A stretch of DNA of 64,000 bases from Microthyrium microscopicum (Eukaryota). The DNA is taken from contig MU004238.1 in assembly GCA_010405405.1 (NCBI GenBank), positions 817,530-881,529 on the forward strand. The letters are read 5' to 3'. Below, piece by piece: positions 26,101-38,569 of this stretch. Position numbers and translations under genes: made by a program. Every line of letters begins with the position of its first letter. Position 1 is the stretch's first letter. The notes under the pieces were generated by a model, which saw nothing but the letters and a program-made list of their open reading frames with translations, searched no databases and was not told where the DNA came from.

Positions 26101-28965
26101 ATACTATAAAAATAATAAGTATTCTCTTATAAATATATAAAGAAACTAAGTAATAGGTTACTAAGTCTACCTTAATATTTAACCTAGAAAAATATTAACT
26201 TATTTACTTTCTATACTTAATAATTAATAAAAGAAACCTTATTATTAAAGATAAACGTAAAGTAAATAAAGAGAGACTACTTTATATTTTACTTATAAAT
26301 AGAATAATCTAAATAATAAAGCTATTAATAACTATTAAATATCTTAGTATTATACTTAATAGTAAACTTATTAGAAATACCTATCTTACCTTTATAATTA
26401 AGAAAGCTAAAAAATATATTAATACTTTAGTTATAGTTAGTACCTTAATATAAAGTTTTTAACTATTATAACTAAAAACTTTATATAAAGGAATTATTAT
26501 ACCTTAAATACTATATAGACTAATAATATAGTATATATTAGCGTATAGCTATAATATAATTAAAAAGATTAAAAAGATTAAAAAAGCTATAATTATAATT
26601 TAAAAAAAAGCTCTTTATTATATATTTAGAGTATTTAAAACTATATTAATTACTACTTTTAAAGTCTAACTTATAATACTACTAATAAATATAACTATAA
26701 AATAATTTATAAAAAATATGTTTCTACGTATTTAAATATTACTAATATATTATAAAATACTACTCTTATAGAATAATTATAAGGATAGTCTTTCTATTAA
26801 AAATTATTACCTTCTTAGTTTATTATAAAAGCTTAAAAAGCTCTTTTTATAGAATTACTACTTATTTACTCTTTTATTAGATTTATAAAAGATAATCTTA
26901 TATTTAGAGGTTATTAAATCTAATATATTTCCTCTATAAGAAGAGTTAATACCTATCGTAATTATTAATAAGAAATAAGTAATTAAATTATATAATACTA
27001 TTATTAAAGTAGCTCTTAATAACTCTATAATATATATACTCTATAGTAATAAAAATACTATAAAGAATAAGGTTAGCTCTATAGCTTATAGTATATTAAT
27101 AATTAAAAAGACTTATCTTTATATAAGCTATAATAATATAAGTAATAACTATATAGCTAAATTATAAGAGATTATTTTAGCTCTTATAATAGCTTATACT
27201 ACTTTTACTATCTACCTTCTTATAAGAGATATTATAATCTTTATTAATAGCTAAAGTATTATAAAAGTAGTTTATAAATTAAAAGCTAAATTTAGTTAGT
27301 ATCTTATTATAAGAATAATATAGTACTTTAAAATATTAAAAAGAAAGGATATAAAAGTCCTTATCTATTAAGTATTAGCCTATATTAATATTAAGAAGAA
27401 TAAGTTAGTAAATAAAGCTATTAAAGAAGCTACTATTAGAAAAAACTAAAAGAGTTTAATTATTAATATATCTATATTACTATCCCTCTATAAGATTAAA
27501 ATAGTAATATTAATCTTAATTCTTTAAAGTACTAATTAAAAATAGAAAGAATACTAGACTAAAAGAACTATTAAATAATATTTCTTTAAATTTATTAAAG
27601 AATTCTCTACTATAAAAGGCATTCTTAAGACTTATAAGTTTATAAGTAAATACTCTTCTATAATACTTATTTAATTATACTTTAGAAAGATTACTTTTAA
27701 AGACTATTTTAAGAAGATAAGGGCTATAGAAAATAATATTTATAATTATAAATAGAAAAATTAAATACTATTCTACCTACTTATTTATTATATTAATTAT
27801 AATAATCTATGCAAAAGTATTTAACTATAAGGTTAATTAATTAATAAAAAAATATTCTTAATTAAGGTAAAGAAAGTAAAATACTCTTCTTACTTTATTT
27901 ATTAAATAAATATTCTTAAGTAATTTATAAACGTTAAGATATAACTATATTTACTTTATTAGTATTAAAGTAAAGATAAATAGTAATATATATAGTTTTT
28001 AATATATTATCTATTATTATAATATACCTTTCTTTATAATAACTTAAAAATATAAAATAAAATAATTATTAGATATTATTTAGGCTATTTTTTTTTAATA
28101 TTATATAATCCTTTAACGCTTATTAATTTATTTATTTATTTTAGTTCTATACTTACTTTTATTTTTATAATTATAAAAATTATGTTAGTAAATAAAATAC
28201 TTTTATTCTAATATAAAAACTTAATTTAATCTTTATTAAGACTAATTATAAAAAGAAATTTATACTTTATTACTATTATTATATATAAGAAAATATTAGT
28301 ATATTAAACTATAAGTAACTTAATTTTAATAAAAAACGCTATAATTTTAATATTTATCTTTAATATATTTTATTATCTTCTTATATAATAGCTAGCTCTT
28401 TATACTTAAGAGCTAATTAACTAGTTATAAAGGATAGACTAAGATTAAAATAGACTTACTAGTAATTTTAGATAACCTAATCTTCTAAGTAGGAGAATTA
28501 GTACTTAGACCTATAAAAGTAGTTTAACTACTTACTTAGGTAGATTTAGATCTTTAGATATAACCGACATAGCGCCATTTTGAGGCAGCTATAACGGATT
28601 AGGATTTAATCAAATCAAATCAAATCAAACTGGCTAAATTTCCTGGACATGTCGCAGCAACAGAGTAGCTCGAATCGGCAGACTGCAGACGAAGCGAATC
28701 CAAAAGGCGGCCTGCATGTGAAAGGATTCAGGCTGTGGGGTAGAGTACGTTTGATGAACCTGATATTAAGAACAGAGAGGAGTAAACTGTAGTAATGTAA
28801 ATGTTCGAAGCCAATGTATTGATGCCAACTCAGATGCTCGTTAACTCCCATAAGATTGCTTCATGGCTGCTAATCGTGTCAATCGTAGAGCAAAATCATT
28901 TCTGTCCTTCCGCAAATATTTAGCACGTTTGGTGCCGCAATCCCAATCGTTCTTGAAGTATAAAA

Positions 28966-29512
28966 CTACTGGGTTTTGAAGAGAAGAATCGCACAGTGGC
29001 CAAGGTAGAAATAGATGAAGTGTTTGGTTTCTGTATGGTGAATTAGTTTCGTGTTCATGGCTGTCTATCTGGAAATTCTGACCGTGAGTAACAAAACTTC
29101 CAAAGTTGCGACCGACGATGCAGTGCCATGTTGCGCCCTTCCGTTTGTCGAACTAGACTTGATTTAGTGGGTGAATGTGGTCTGCGATACGATCGCATCG
29201 TACCTCGCGCTTGATGAATTGTGCAATGTCCTGCCAATGGTTAGCGTGTATAACACTCGCATACAGCAGCTCCGCTCACTTTCTCAATGGTATACTGGCT
29301 CATAGCGTCTTGAGCTACACAAAAACAATCAGCTATTGGCCATGCGACCAGACCGTATGATAAGCCTACCAACTTCGATTGCTTCAGTTTGCATATCGTC
29401 GTTCTACGAGCTCGTTAGTTGGGTATGGGCACACGAGAGGCGCAACACGAACCATATCAACAGCTTTGATCTGCACTTCGAGCTTTGCATCTTCGCTTTT
29501 GCTGGACGACAT
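28966..29512 (-). CDS. DYN2: Dynein light chain LC8, 6 exons
   Basis: Spliced product [96 protein letters not shown], containing the LC8 signature [16 protein letters not shown]. Confidence 0.97.
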
Positions 29513-29920
29513 GGCGGCGGGGAACTTGGGCTTCAGTCGCGAGGTTATGGGTGATAGATTAATGGGTATGAGAGAGAGAAGCAAAAACAACAGGCTTGAG
29601 GCAGCTCGAGAGAAAAGGGAGGAGAGGAGGTTGTTTTCAGAGCCGCATCCCCTTTCTGGACTGGAGTGCTTGAGGAGCTTTGTAGAGAGAGGTCGCTTGT
29701 TCTGTTAGATCCAACCGTTAGTTGCGCTTCTCCTGCCCGCTGCCTCTGGCCCGCGCCAGCCCCCGGCCCTAGCGTGGGAGCCCCACCGCTCAAAAAACCG
29801 TTCGTCTTTTTTTCCTACTGCTTCTTCACCGTGTTCACCATCTCTTCATTTCGTCAAGCTCAGCGCCCCATTTCCACCCTCCCTTTAAAGCGAGCATGCC
29901 CCTGCGTTGAATACCTAGAC

Positions 29921-32529
29921 ATGGCGTCGCAAACCTCATCGTCCCGCATATTTGTGCGCAATCTCCCCCTGTCCATATCAGACGATCAATTCCGCGCCCA
30001 CTTTGCGAAAAATGGCGAGACTACCGATTCCAAGCTGCTGCGTAACCGAAGAATGGGCTTTGTGGGCTACAAGTCTCCCGAGGATGCCAATGCCGCTGTA
30101 AAGTACTTCAACAGGACTTTCATTGGCATGGCAAGAATAGCTGTAGAGATTGCTCAGCCGGTACAATACACCTTGAATAGATCGGTCGCTTTTGTATCTA
30201 ACTTGTAGAAATAGTATGCAGAGGAACAGTCAAAGCCTAAGCAAGCCATCGTGCCTAAAGGATCCACCGAATCATCCAAGACTTTGAAGCGAAAGCGTGA
30301 GGTCCCAGACGAAAATACGGACCCAAAGCTGCGGGAATTTCTTGGGGTGATGCAATCGACTGCAAAATCAAAGACGTGGCAAAATGAAGTTGCCGTTGAT
30401 GATAATGATACAACCATGGCAGTGGACAAAGTGAATGAATCAGACGATGATGTTCAAGTTCTTCCTTCCAAGACGAAGCAGCAACAACAGTCAATCGATG
30501 CCATATTCGAGAGCGACTCAAATGAAGATACAGATCCAACGGCGGAGGCAAAGCCAATTACACAATCAGACAAGGACTGGCTACGGTCGAAGAAAGGGAA
30601 GCTTCTGGACGAGGACGCAATTCCTCAGGAGAAAGATCAAGAACTGGCGGAACAAGTGACCGCCGGCGATGCAGGCGATGAACCAGAGGACGTGGAAATG
30701 CAAGACGAAGATATTGACGAAAGTCCGGAAGTTTTCAAAATACGGCAATCAGGACGGCTGTTCCTTCGAAACCTATCCTTCAAAATAACGGAAGACGAGT
30801 TGCGAGAAGGATTTTCTCAATTCGGAGATCTTGAAGAAGTAAGTGACTCTTTTGTCCTTCTACACCAATCTGCCTTTATGATGAAGCCTGATAGGGACAT
30901 CCGATGCTACTCGCATATGAGGTGAACTCAGGAAAAGTATTTTAGTAGATGCTTCTTTTTGCTGATAATTGGCCTCTCAAACACCTTTAACTAGTACTTT
31001 ATGGTCTTACAGAAACTAACTGTAATCAGGTCCACGTCCCATCTGATAAGACAGGATCAAGTAAAGGCATTGCCTTTCTCTTGTTTGACGACCCGGAATC
31101 TGCTGTTGCAGCATATCAAACACTAGACGGCAAAACTTTCCAAGGTCGACTAATACACATTCTTCCCGCAGATCCCAAAAGAGAAAGCAAGCTGGATGAT
31201 TACGCCATTTCCAAGCTGCCCCTCAAGCAGCAGCAAAAGATCAAACAGAAAATGGAATCAAATCTGGCATCCTATAAGTGGAATTCACTGTACATGAACA
31301 TGGACGATGTCATGTCGTCAATAGCCACTCGTCTTGGAGTCGAAAAGTCTCAACTACTTGACCCAACATCTTCAGATGCTGCCGTCAAACAGGCCATTGC
31401 CGAAACTAATGTTATACAAGATGTCAAGTCGTATTTCGTGGAGAATGGCGTGTCTCTTGACAAATTCAAGCCAGGGAAGCAACGTGGCGACACAGCTATC
31501 CTCATAAAGAATCTTCCTCATGGCACAAGCCCTGATGAAATTCGGGAAGTATTCAGTGCTCATGGACGAATTTCTAGACTGCTTATTCCAAGAAGTGGAA
31601 CGATTGCGCTGATAGAATTTGGATCCGCACCCGAGGGCCGTGCAGCCTTTCAAGCCTTGAAGTACAAGAGGTTCAAGAACACGATTTTGTTCCTGGAGAA
31701 AGCGCCAAAGAACGTATTTGACAAGCCGGCACAGGGATCTGTTGTGGTTCCTGCCAAGGCCGATGGTATTAAGGCCAAACTAACCACTTCAGATCTACTT
31801 GAAGAAGCTCCAAATGTGGAAGCCATCGAAACTAGCACATTGTTTGTTCGAAATTTGAACTTCACGACAACCTCTGAAAAGCTTCGAGACACCTTCTCAC
31901 CATTGAGTGGTTTTGTATCTGCACGAGTTAAGACCAGAACTGATTCCAAGCGCCCTGGGGAAATTCTCAGCATGGGCTTTGGTTTCGTGGAGTTCAAGAG
32001 TAAATCCGAGGCTCAAAGTGCAATAGCTACTATGAATGGTCACTTCTTAGAGGGTCATACTCTGACCTTACAGCCTTCCCAACGAGTGTTGGACGCTGGT
32101 GAAGATCGACGTAAGCAAGACAAAGCCAAGGCTATAGCTAGCCAGCAGACCAAAGTCATCGTCAAGAACCTACCATTTGAGGCGTCGAAGAAGGACGTTC
32201 GCGCCTTGCTTGGTACTTATGGACAGTTGCGTTCTGTTCGTGTTCCCAAGAAATTTGACAGTTCTGCTCGTGGATTTGCATTTGCAGAGTTTACCACGGC
32301 TCGAGAAGCAGCCAACGCAATGGCTGCATTGAAAAGTACCCATCTTCTTGGTCGACGGTTGCACCTGGAGTATGCCGCACAAGATACGCTTGATCCCGAA
32401 GATGCGATCGAAAAGATGCAAAAGAAGGTTGGATCGCAGGTTGACAAGGTCGCCTTGCAGAAACTGACAGGCGCGGGCCGAAAGAAGTTCAACGTCTCAG
32501 GGAACGAGCCCACGGAGCCTGATGGTTGA
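29921..32529 (+). CDS. MRD1: Multiple RNA-binding-domain protein 1 (five RRMs, 40S ribosome biogenesis), 3 exons
   Basis: SRIFVRNLP...RRMGFVGYKS; WNSLYMNMDDVMSSIATRLGV...LLDPTSSDAAVKQAIAET; LSMGFGFVEF; LRSVRVPKKFDSSARGFAFAEF; THLLGRRL. Introns at about 30161-30214 and 30839-31030. Confidence 0.95.
30873..30970 (+). ncRNA. snR64: Box C/D snoRNA, snR64-like, in MRD1 intron 2
   Basis: Box C ATGATGA at 30878-30884. Guide GATAGGGACA (30890-30899) is complementary to 25S rRNA TGTCCCTATC and is followed by a D'-like CCGA (30901-30904). TTTTAGTAGA element. Box D CTGA at 30962-30965. The match to yeast snR64 is from recall. Confidence 0.8.
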
Positions 32530-33181
32530 GGGAGGACAAATCTCAAGGATACTTGTGCGATATCAAATCTCCTTGCTTTCTTCCTTGCCACTTGCCGAGC
32601 ACAATCTCGATACTTCGAATCAACTCATCAAAGGTGTGTAGTAATATTGCTGGTAGCACTGAGAAATAATACTTTGCTGCAGGCTGTTTAGCTGCATAAC
32701 GTCTTCATGGTTCATCCACGAACGTAATGCCATACAAATGATGAAAGGACTGACAGTCTCAGTTTATGATAGAAATCAACAAAAGATGGAAACAAAGCCA
32801 ACTACATTCCATCAATATGATGAAGATCTAGGAGTGCATTCCTATTCACTCTGGTTGTTGTCGTGTATAGACAATACGCGTGAGGCCAGAAATTAGCAGC
32901 AATACTCCTTTGAACCCTTGCAGAGGTACTTCCAACTAACAACTGGACTATTCACTGTGATTTATTATACAGTGTCTGCCTGAAAGGCCAAAGGGTGGCG
33001 ATGGATATCTCTCCTCCTTTCTCTCGAGTCTCGATCGTACTGTGATAGTCATATTATTGCCATCGCAACCAACATTCATTTTTGTATCTTTCCAACTGCT
33101 GACGCTCTTTTACTCGTAATTCAAAATTCCTACGCTCCTTTATCTTTTCTCTTTGCATTTCTCCAATATCATTCCTTAACA

Positions 33182-35957
33182 ATGAATCATCTACTGGTTC
33201 TCAATATGGAGATCCCGCCTTCCAACTGCATTCTTCCTTCAAACGTTCCAATACCAGATATCCTTCCTACCGGTATCCTTCAACATCATCATGATGACTC
33301 TGAAGACACAGATTTCGACGATGAGGATGAAGGAGCATCTTCAGCATATGGACTTGTCGGCCGACACAACTATGGCTTTCCCGAAACAGCATATTATGTT
33401 CAACCGGACCAGGAGACGGGTTCACAATCACCCATGGACGATTTCGAAATACTCTCTAGAATATATCAAAATGTCAAATCTGACTACCACTACAACAATG
33501 ACACGAGAATCTTCTTGGAAGAATTAGCAGCCTTGAATCCTTTCTGTACTAGGGTCAAATCGGACGAAGCACTGGATCGAGAAGCTCGGGATGCGATACA
33601 ACAATTTCTACGCTTCGAAGGATTTCGAAACTATCGTAAACGAGAACGGGACAATGCTGGCAAGATAAAAGGCAAGAAGAAGGATGAAATGATATGGTAT
33701 GATCATATCGAACTGGCATTTTTCAAAGGTATGACATACTCATTGTCTAGCATTACATTTTCTCACATACCTAGCTCTTGTTCTTTTGCCTCCTCAAGGC
33801 CGAAAGCAATGGAAATATCCTCCAAGATTCGATATGAGGCGTCCCGATGACTTGAAAAAGCCACCACAAAGGGGTCGAAATGAACTCATTGCCGAGATCA
33901 TTGTGAAGTGGACTGGAGAGATCAAATGTACTCGAAAAAAGGTCTCAAGTCATATTCAAGTGCTTCAAAACTACATCGCCATGGACAGCAGGAGTAAGTG
34001 ATGCATATGCTTTGTCAGTGTCACCTTCTTATCGTCTCTAGTGGTCGTCAAGTGGTTTGGCAGGTCAGCGAAGAAGACCAAGCACACTCATATATCCACC
34101 AGGCATGGTCTGAACTTGTCATCAGGCAGAGAGCGATCGCAATACCTATTAGAACCGTCATCCTCTCCTTCGAAAGTACGGCAGCTCGAGCTACCCACCA
34201 TGTCTCCTCCGTTTGGTTTGCCAGTGTGGAATCTGACACCGCAATTTGATGTCGCTCGTTTCGAGATGTATGTGAAAGATCTTAGGAATGGCAAGATTGT
34301 GCACAACTTTAGTCGTTTTGACGCTGGAGACAAGCCCAAACCGACTCTACCGCATTCGACTATAGACAGTTTGTGGCCTTCATTGTCTTCTGTTCTCAAA
34401 TCTGAAGGGACAAGTACCCACAGCGACTATGACTTGATTCTCGCCAATTCGTCCTTGGCCGTCACATCCACACTTCTGGCTGATGCAGAGCTCGGGATCG
34501 ACTTTTCAATACAGACAAAGGCAAATTTAAGTCGATATGATAAGTTCGAGTGTCGAACTCGCTTTTACCCAAATGAAGGGAGTGAATCCTTCAAGAACGG
34601 AAACCTGGGGAACAATCTAACCAAGGAGATAAACTACGACGTAAAACTCGGCCTGCTCAGTGGAGTGTCATTTGGTTCCCATTTTTGGGCTCTACGTGTT
34701 TCCAGATTTGCCAACAAGCTTCGTGATGCAACCAGATTCACACACAAAGCAAACACTTTGGGCGATGCAAAAGAAGCCGCTGCCGCCGCCGTCGCAGCTC
34801 AAACGAATCAGAATGAAGTCAAAGCCTATATCGAAGGTCTCTCTGCTGTACAGGAGATCTTTGCTTCAGCAAGGGGAGCCCCACGTACCAGGCTCGCTGT
34901 GATCTACTGGAAGTTCCAGGAAGCTGCTAAAGGTAGCAATGGGCAAACCACCTGGCAACATATATCAAAGACATCCCCATCTACCGCCCTATCAAATCGC
35001 TCTGAGGCCACACATAATCAACCATCCTACAACTTCTCCTCCGCCTCTGCCACTTTCCCCGGCGCACTCGCACCCAGTGCCGAAATCCATTCTCACACCC
35101 AGAGCCAACACACCACAGACTTCAACTCTCCCTTTCCATCCCTTTCCTTTGACTCCCACCCGCAGTCCTTCAGTTCATGGCCCTCATCTCTACCTTATAC
35201 ACACCTCTCTGCCGCTGTAGCAGGCGCCAGCACATCTGCCCCAGCACCCGCGCAAGCATATCACTTTCCCGCCTTCATGGACTCACAAGATCACGGCATC
35301 TATGACGACCCCGTGAGCGCCACTACTGCCCACTCGGGCCTTAGCAACAGTCCATCTGCCTATCATGACTCGAATTGGCACAATTTTAGCGCCGAATCCT
35401 CAAATTTAGGCGGATACTTCTATACGCCAAAGGCGACACCGGCGAGCACCGTGGAAGGACAAACGCCGATTGAGATGGAAGGACAGCATGGCCTTGGGGT
35501 CAGTATTCCTGACAACAATCTGGAGTCTGCGGGCCTGGAGACGAACGCATCGCCAGTGAAGGAAATGGGCAGTGCGGAGGTCAATGTGGACGTGGGCATA
35601 AATGCTGATGAAGGGTTTGGCGCACATGCACCACATATCGAGGAGCATCATCATCTTACTATGCAACTCCAGTTCGACAACTTACCAGCTGGGGCGCATG
35701 AGAATACATTGCCTAGTCCGTCTGCACCAACGACGCATGAGCTGTACGCAGTGCAAGAGTTCAATCGGGCAGCAGAGCATGAACCGACAGCCGAGATACT
35801 GTTAGGCCAAGAGGAAACGCCGCAAGCCTACACGCACCCCGAAGCAAGTGAAGCCACCACGATGTCTGAGCACGCATTCACTCAGGAGCAAGCGCAAGGT
35901 GGAGCGACAGATGGAATGTCACTGGAGCGAGCCTGGGCTATGGAATTAGGGGAGTAA
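33182..35957 (+). CDS. abaA: TEA/ATTS-domain transcription factor (AbaA/Tec1-like), 3 exons
   Basis: TEA motifs IWYDHIELAFFK/ALVLLPPQGRKQ...RGRNELIAEII...TRKKVSSHIQVL. Central SFGSHFWA...SAVQEIF...IYWKF block. Long Ser/Pro-rich tail. Introns at about 33729-33774 and 33994-34041. Confidence 0.8.
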
Positions 35958-36434
35958 TGGGGAAGCAGTGGTTGCTTTTGGAGTTCAGTGATTGGGCTTA
36001 AAAGTATATCATTAAAGAAAAAACTAATCTAATAATTAAAGTATGAAGCCAGTCAAGCAAGTTCCAAATAATAATGCTGTCGTAAGTGGTGCCATGTAAG
36101 GAAGAGTCCTTCACACCTACAAGGGGATATCTGATACATAAAAGCATTCAATCAAGAGTTGTATTGGGCCAGTGCATTGGCAAGGGAGGTAAATCAAGGT
36201 CCAGTCCAGTTGTACTGATACAACTCAAGAGTTAAGTGTATAGCATTTACTCGTGCCAGAGCGAGATTTACCTTCCTTGCCGCACAACCGTGAAAGGTAA
36301 GCATACGGATCGGAAAGACATCAAAGTAAAACGTTGGAACAGGTCTTGTCTCCCGTGTCCTTTCGTTACATCAGATTACCAACGCAGATTGGTAATTGGA
36401 GCTTCTCCATCGACAGAGTCCAAGAGCCTACTTC

Positions 36435-38263
36435 CTAAGTCAAAGCTTCCTCTTCAAGAGGATCTTCATCTTTGGTAGAGGCTCCCTCGCCACGAGAAGT
36501 TCCAGGATTCTCCGCAGGTGTAGATCCCGTACCATCAAGAACATGTTTCCCGTCGGAGGATGTAGCATCCTTCAGGTTGGCAGGAGCATCAGAGTCCAAA
36601 GCAGCGGGCGTGGATTCCAACTCAGCAGGAACTGAGGGGATTTCACCCGTAAACTTCTTCAACTCGATGACAACCTGACGAGCCAACTCGGCTTTGGCTT
36701 TGGCCTTACCAAGCTGGCGTCGCACTACGCCAACAGTGCGACCACGAAGCTCTTCTGGGGCACGCTGGTCAAAGAACTGAGCGCGGCCAGAGAACATGGA
36801 ACTCGAGCCAGCATCTTTTGCAACTTCGAATGCTGGGCCATCGAAGCCTAGGCGAGTGCACATACCTAGAAAGATGTCAGTATTTTGCTGTTGATGACAG
36901 GACTTTGATCCACATACGATTTAGCTCGTCAAAGGCATTTACTGCTGATCCGTCTGGCAGCTTCATCTTCTGCTTCTTTGCAGCTGGGCCCTCTGAGGAT
37001 ATATGGCCTTTTTCACGAAGCCACAGAACCGCCTGGCGAGTTGCATCATTTCGGGCAGCCTTTTTGCTTTGAAATGGTTCGTTGCGGTCACCGAATGGTT
37101 CTGGGCGGAATGGAGTGGTGATCTCATGTGAATACATAGATCCATAGTGTCCCTGCAATTCAAAGGCCTGCTCACGAACCTGACCAATATCTGGACTAGA
37201 TTGGAAGTATTCTATTTCTCTTGTTAGTATGGTCGCACGAATCCGGGAACGGGTTCGACATGCCATAGAGGATCACAGTCCATTTTTCAGCTGGCTCTTC
37301 TGCTTTGTTGGGGGTGATCTTGGCCACAGAGGCCTTGCGTGGACGCTCTGGCGCTGGTTGAGATTTCACCCATTCCAGTGCTAACTCAGTAGCAAAGTGC
37401 TTTGCTTCCTTCTTGTTGTTCTGAGGGCGTTCGGTAGTGAATGCCTTCTTTGTACCATCCGTCAAAGTCAAGGTGATCTTCCCGAGGAACTGATAGTTCT
37501 CTCCCTCAGGACTCCAAGCTTCGAACTCGACAACAATTCCACGTCCCTGACAGATTTCGTATAGTTGACTCACTGTGTGCGGACTACGGGCAGTTGTCAA
37601 AGGTACAGCCTTTGGCCCTTTTGAGAGGTCAACCGCAGAATTTGAGCGTAAGTTGATTTCAGCCTGCTCCTCGAATTGGGCAATTGGAATTGTATTGGCA
37701 CGCATTGTTGAGAAACTGCGCTTGTTGTTCAATGATTTTGTTTTGGGATAGAAAGGAGATGCAGGGTCCGAGGTTTGAAATGGGTTGAGAGTTGTGATAT
37801 TCTGGTAGATGCGATCCTGAGATCTGAATCTACTGTTTGGAATCAAAGGGATTTTGTTAGGATTAGAAAAGGTTTTATGCTTGGAGATTTGGCCTGCGGT
37901 CACCGCTTCGTGTGAAGTAACTCGTAGTTGTGCGGGTGAGGAGGTCTGAGGGGCAGGTTTGAGTGTGGTTGTGAGGCCAGAGACTTGAGATGCTAAAGTC
38001 GGGATCGAATATAAGACTGAATCAAAATGATCTTCTTGTTCGCGCTTGATGGCAGGTGAAGGCTTGAGTACTGGAGTCAATTGGCGTTGAGGATCTGAAG
38101 TATCAATTTTAAGGCCAGGTGGGACGAAATTGTGGCGGGTACTTGCTTGAGACAGCAATTCCTTCACTTCTGTCACACGCTGAGAAGCTGGAGCAAACTG
38201 AAAAAATCCTCGAATAGTGTCAAGCTTTTGCTTAAACTCAGAAACAGTCATTTGTGCCGCCAT
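36435..38263 (-). CDS. Protein with about three divergent double-stranded RNA-binding domains, 3 exons
   Basis: dsRBD-like blocks VSQLYEICQGRGI...NNKKEAKHFATELALEWV, FQSKKAARNDATRQAVLWL and VNAFDELNR/MCTRLGFDGPAF...GKAKAKAELARQVV. ATG at 38263. Confidence 0.75.
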
Positions 38264-38569
38264 GGTGAAGCAAGGAAGGGACGCCTGAAGCAGGCTCAGA
38301 TACCTTAGCTGGCAGAGCAAAGACGAGCTGTAGCAAATGGAAAGTTTGAAGTTCTAGAGTAAAGAGAGAAAGCGATGAATTGGAGACAACAGGCGGGAGA
38401 TGGGAGACTAGATTTGGTGTTTGTTGGAGGCTTGCCTCTAATTATTTGTCATTTTGTCCTTACCTCTTAATATCGCCCAATGTTACGTGTAGATATTAAG
38501 AACAGAAGCATTATAGGGAGCAAAATTTAATAGGATTAGGCACGGTTTAAGTCATAGATTATGTAATTT

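Larger units (their letters stand above)
11957..28628 (+). mobile_element. Full-length Tad1-like LINE (ORF1 + APE/RT/RNase H), RIP-inactivated, about 6.8 kb once two nested insertions are removed
   Basis: 14-bp TSD ACTAGCTAAATTTC (11943-11956) / ACTGGCTAAATTTC (28629-28642). (AATCA)n tail at 28608-28628. Reversing RIP changes gives APE motifs (IQEPW ~24090, DSDH ~24690), RT motifs (YRPITLLNTL ~25580, GIPQGSP ~25960, FIDD ~26065), RNase H motifs (IFTDSQ ~27240, WVPAH..IKGNELAD ~27370) and a Cys/His finger ~27740. Confidence 0.9.

Noticed and set aside
11957..28628. AT-rich block as a mitochondrial insertion or centromere
   Set aside because: TpA excess with CpA/TpG loss, retroelement motifs, LTRs and TSDs account for the whole block.
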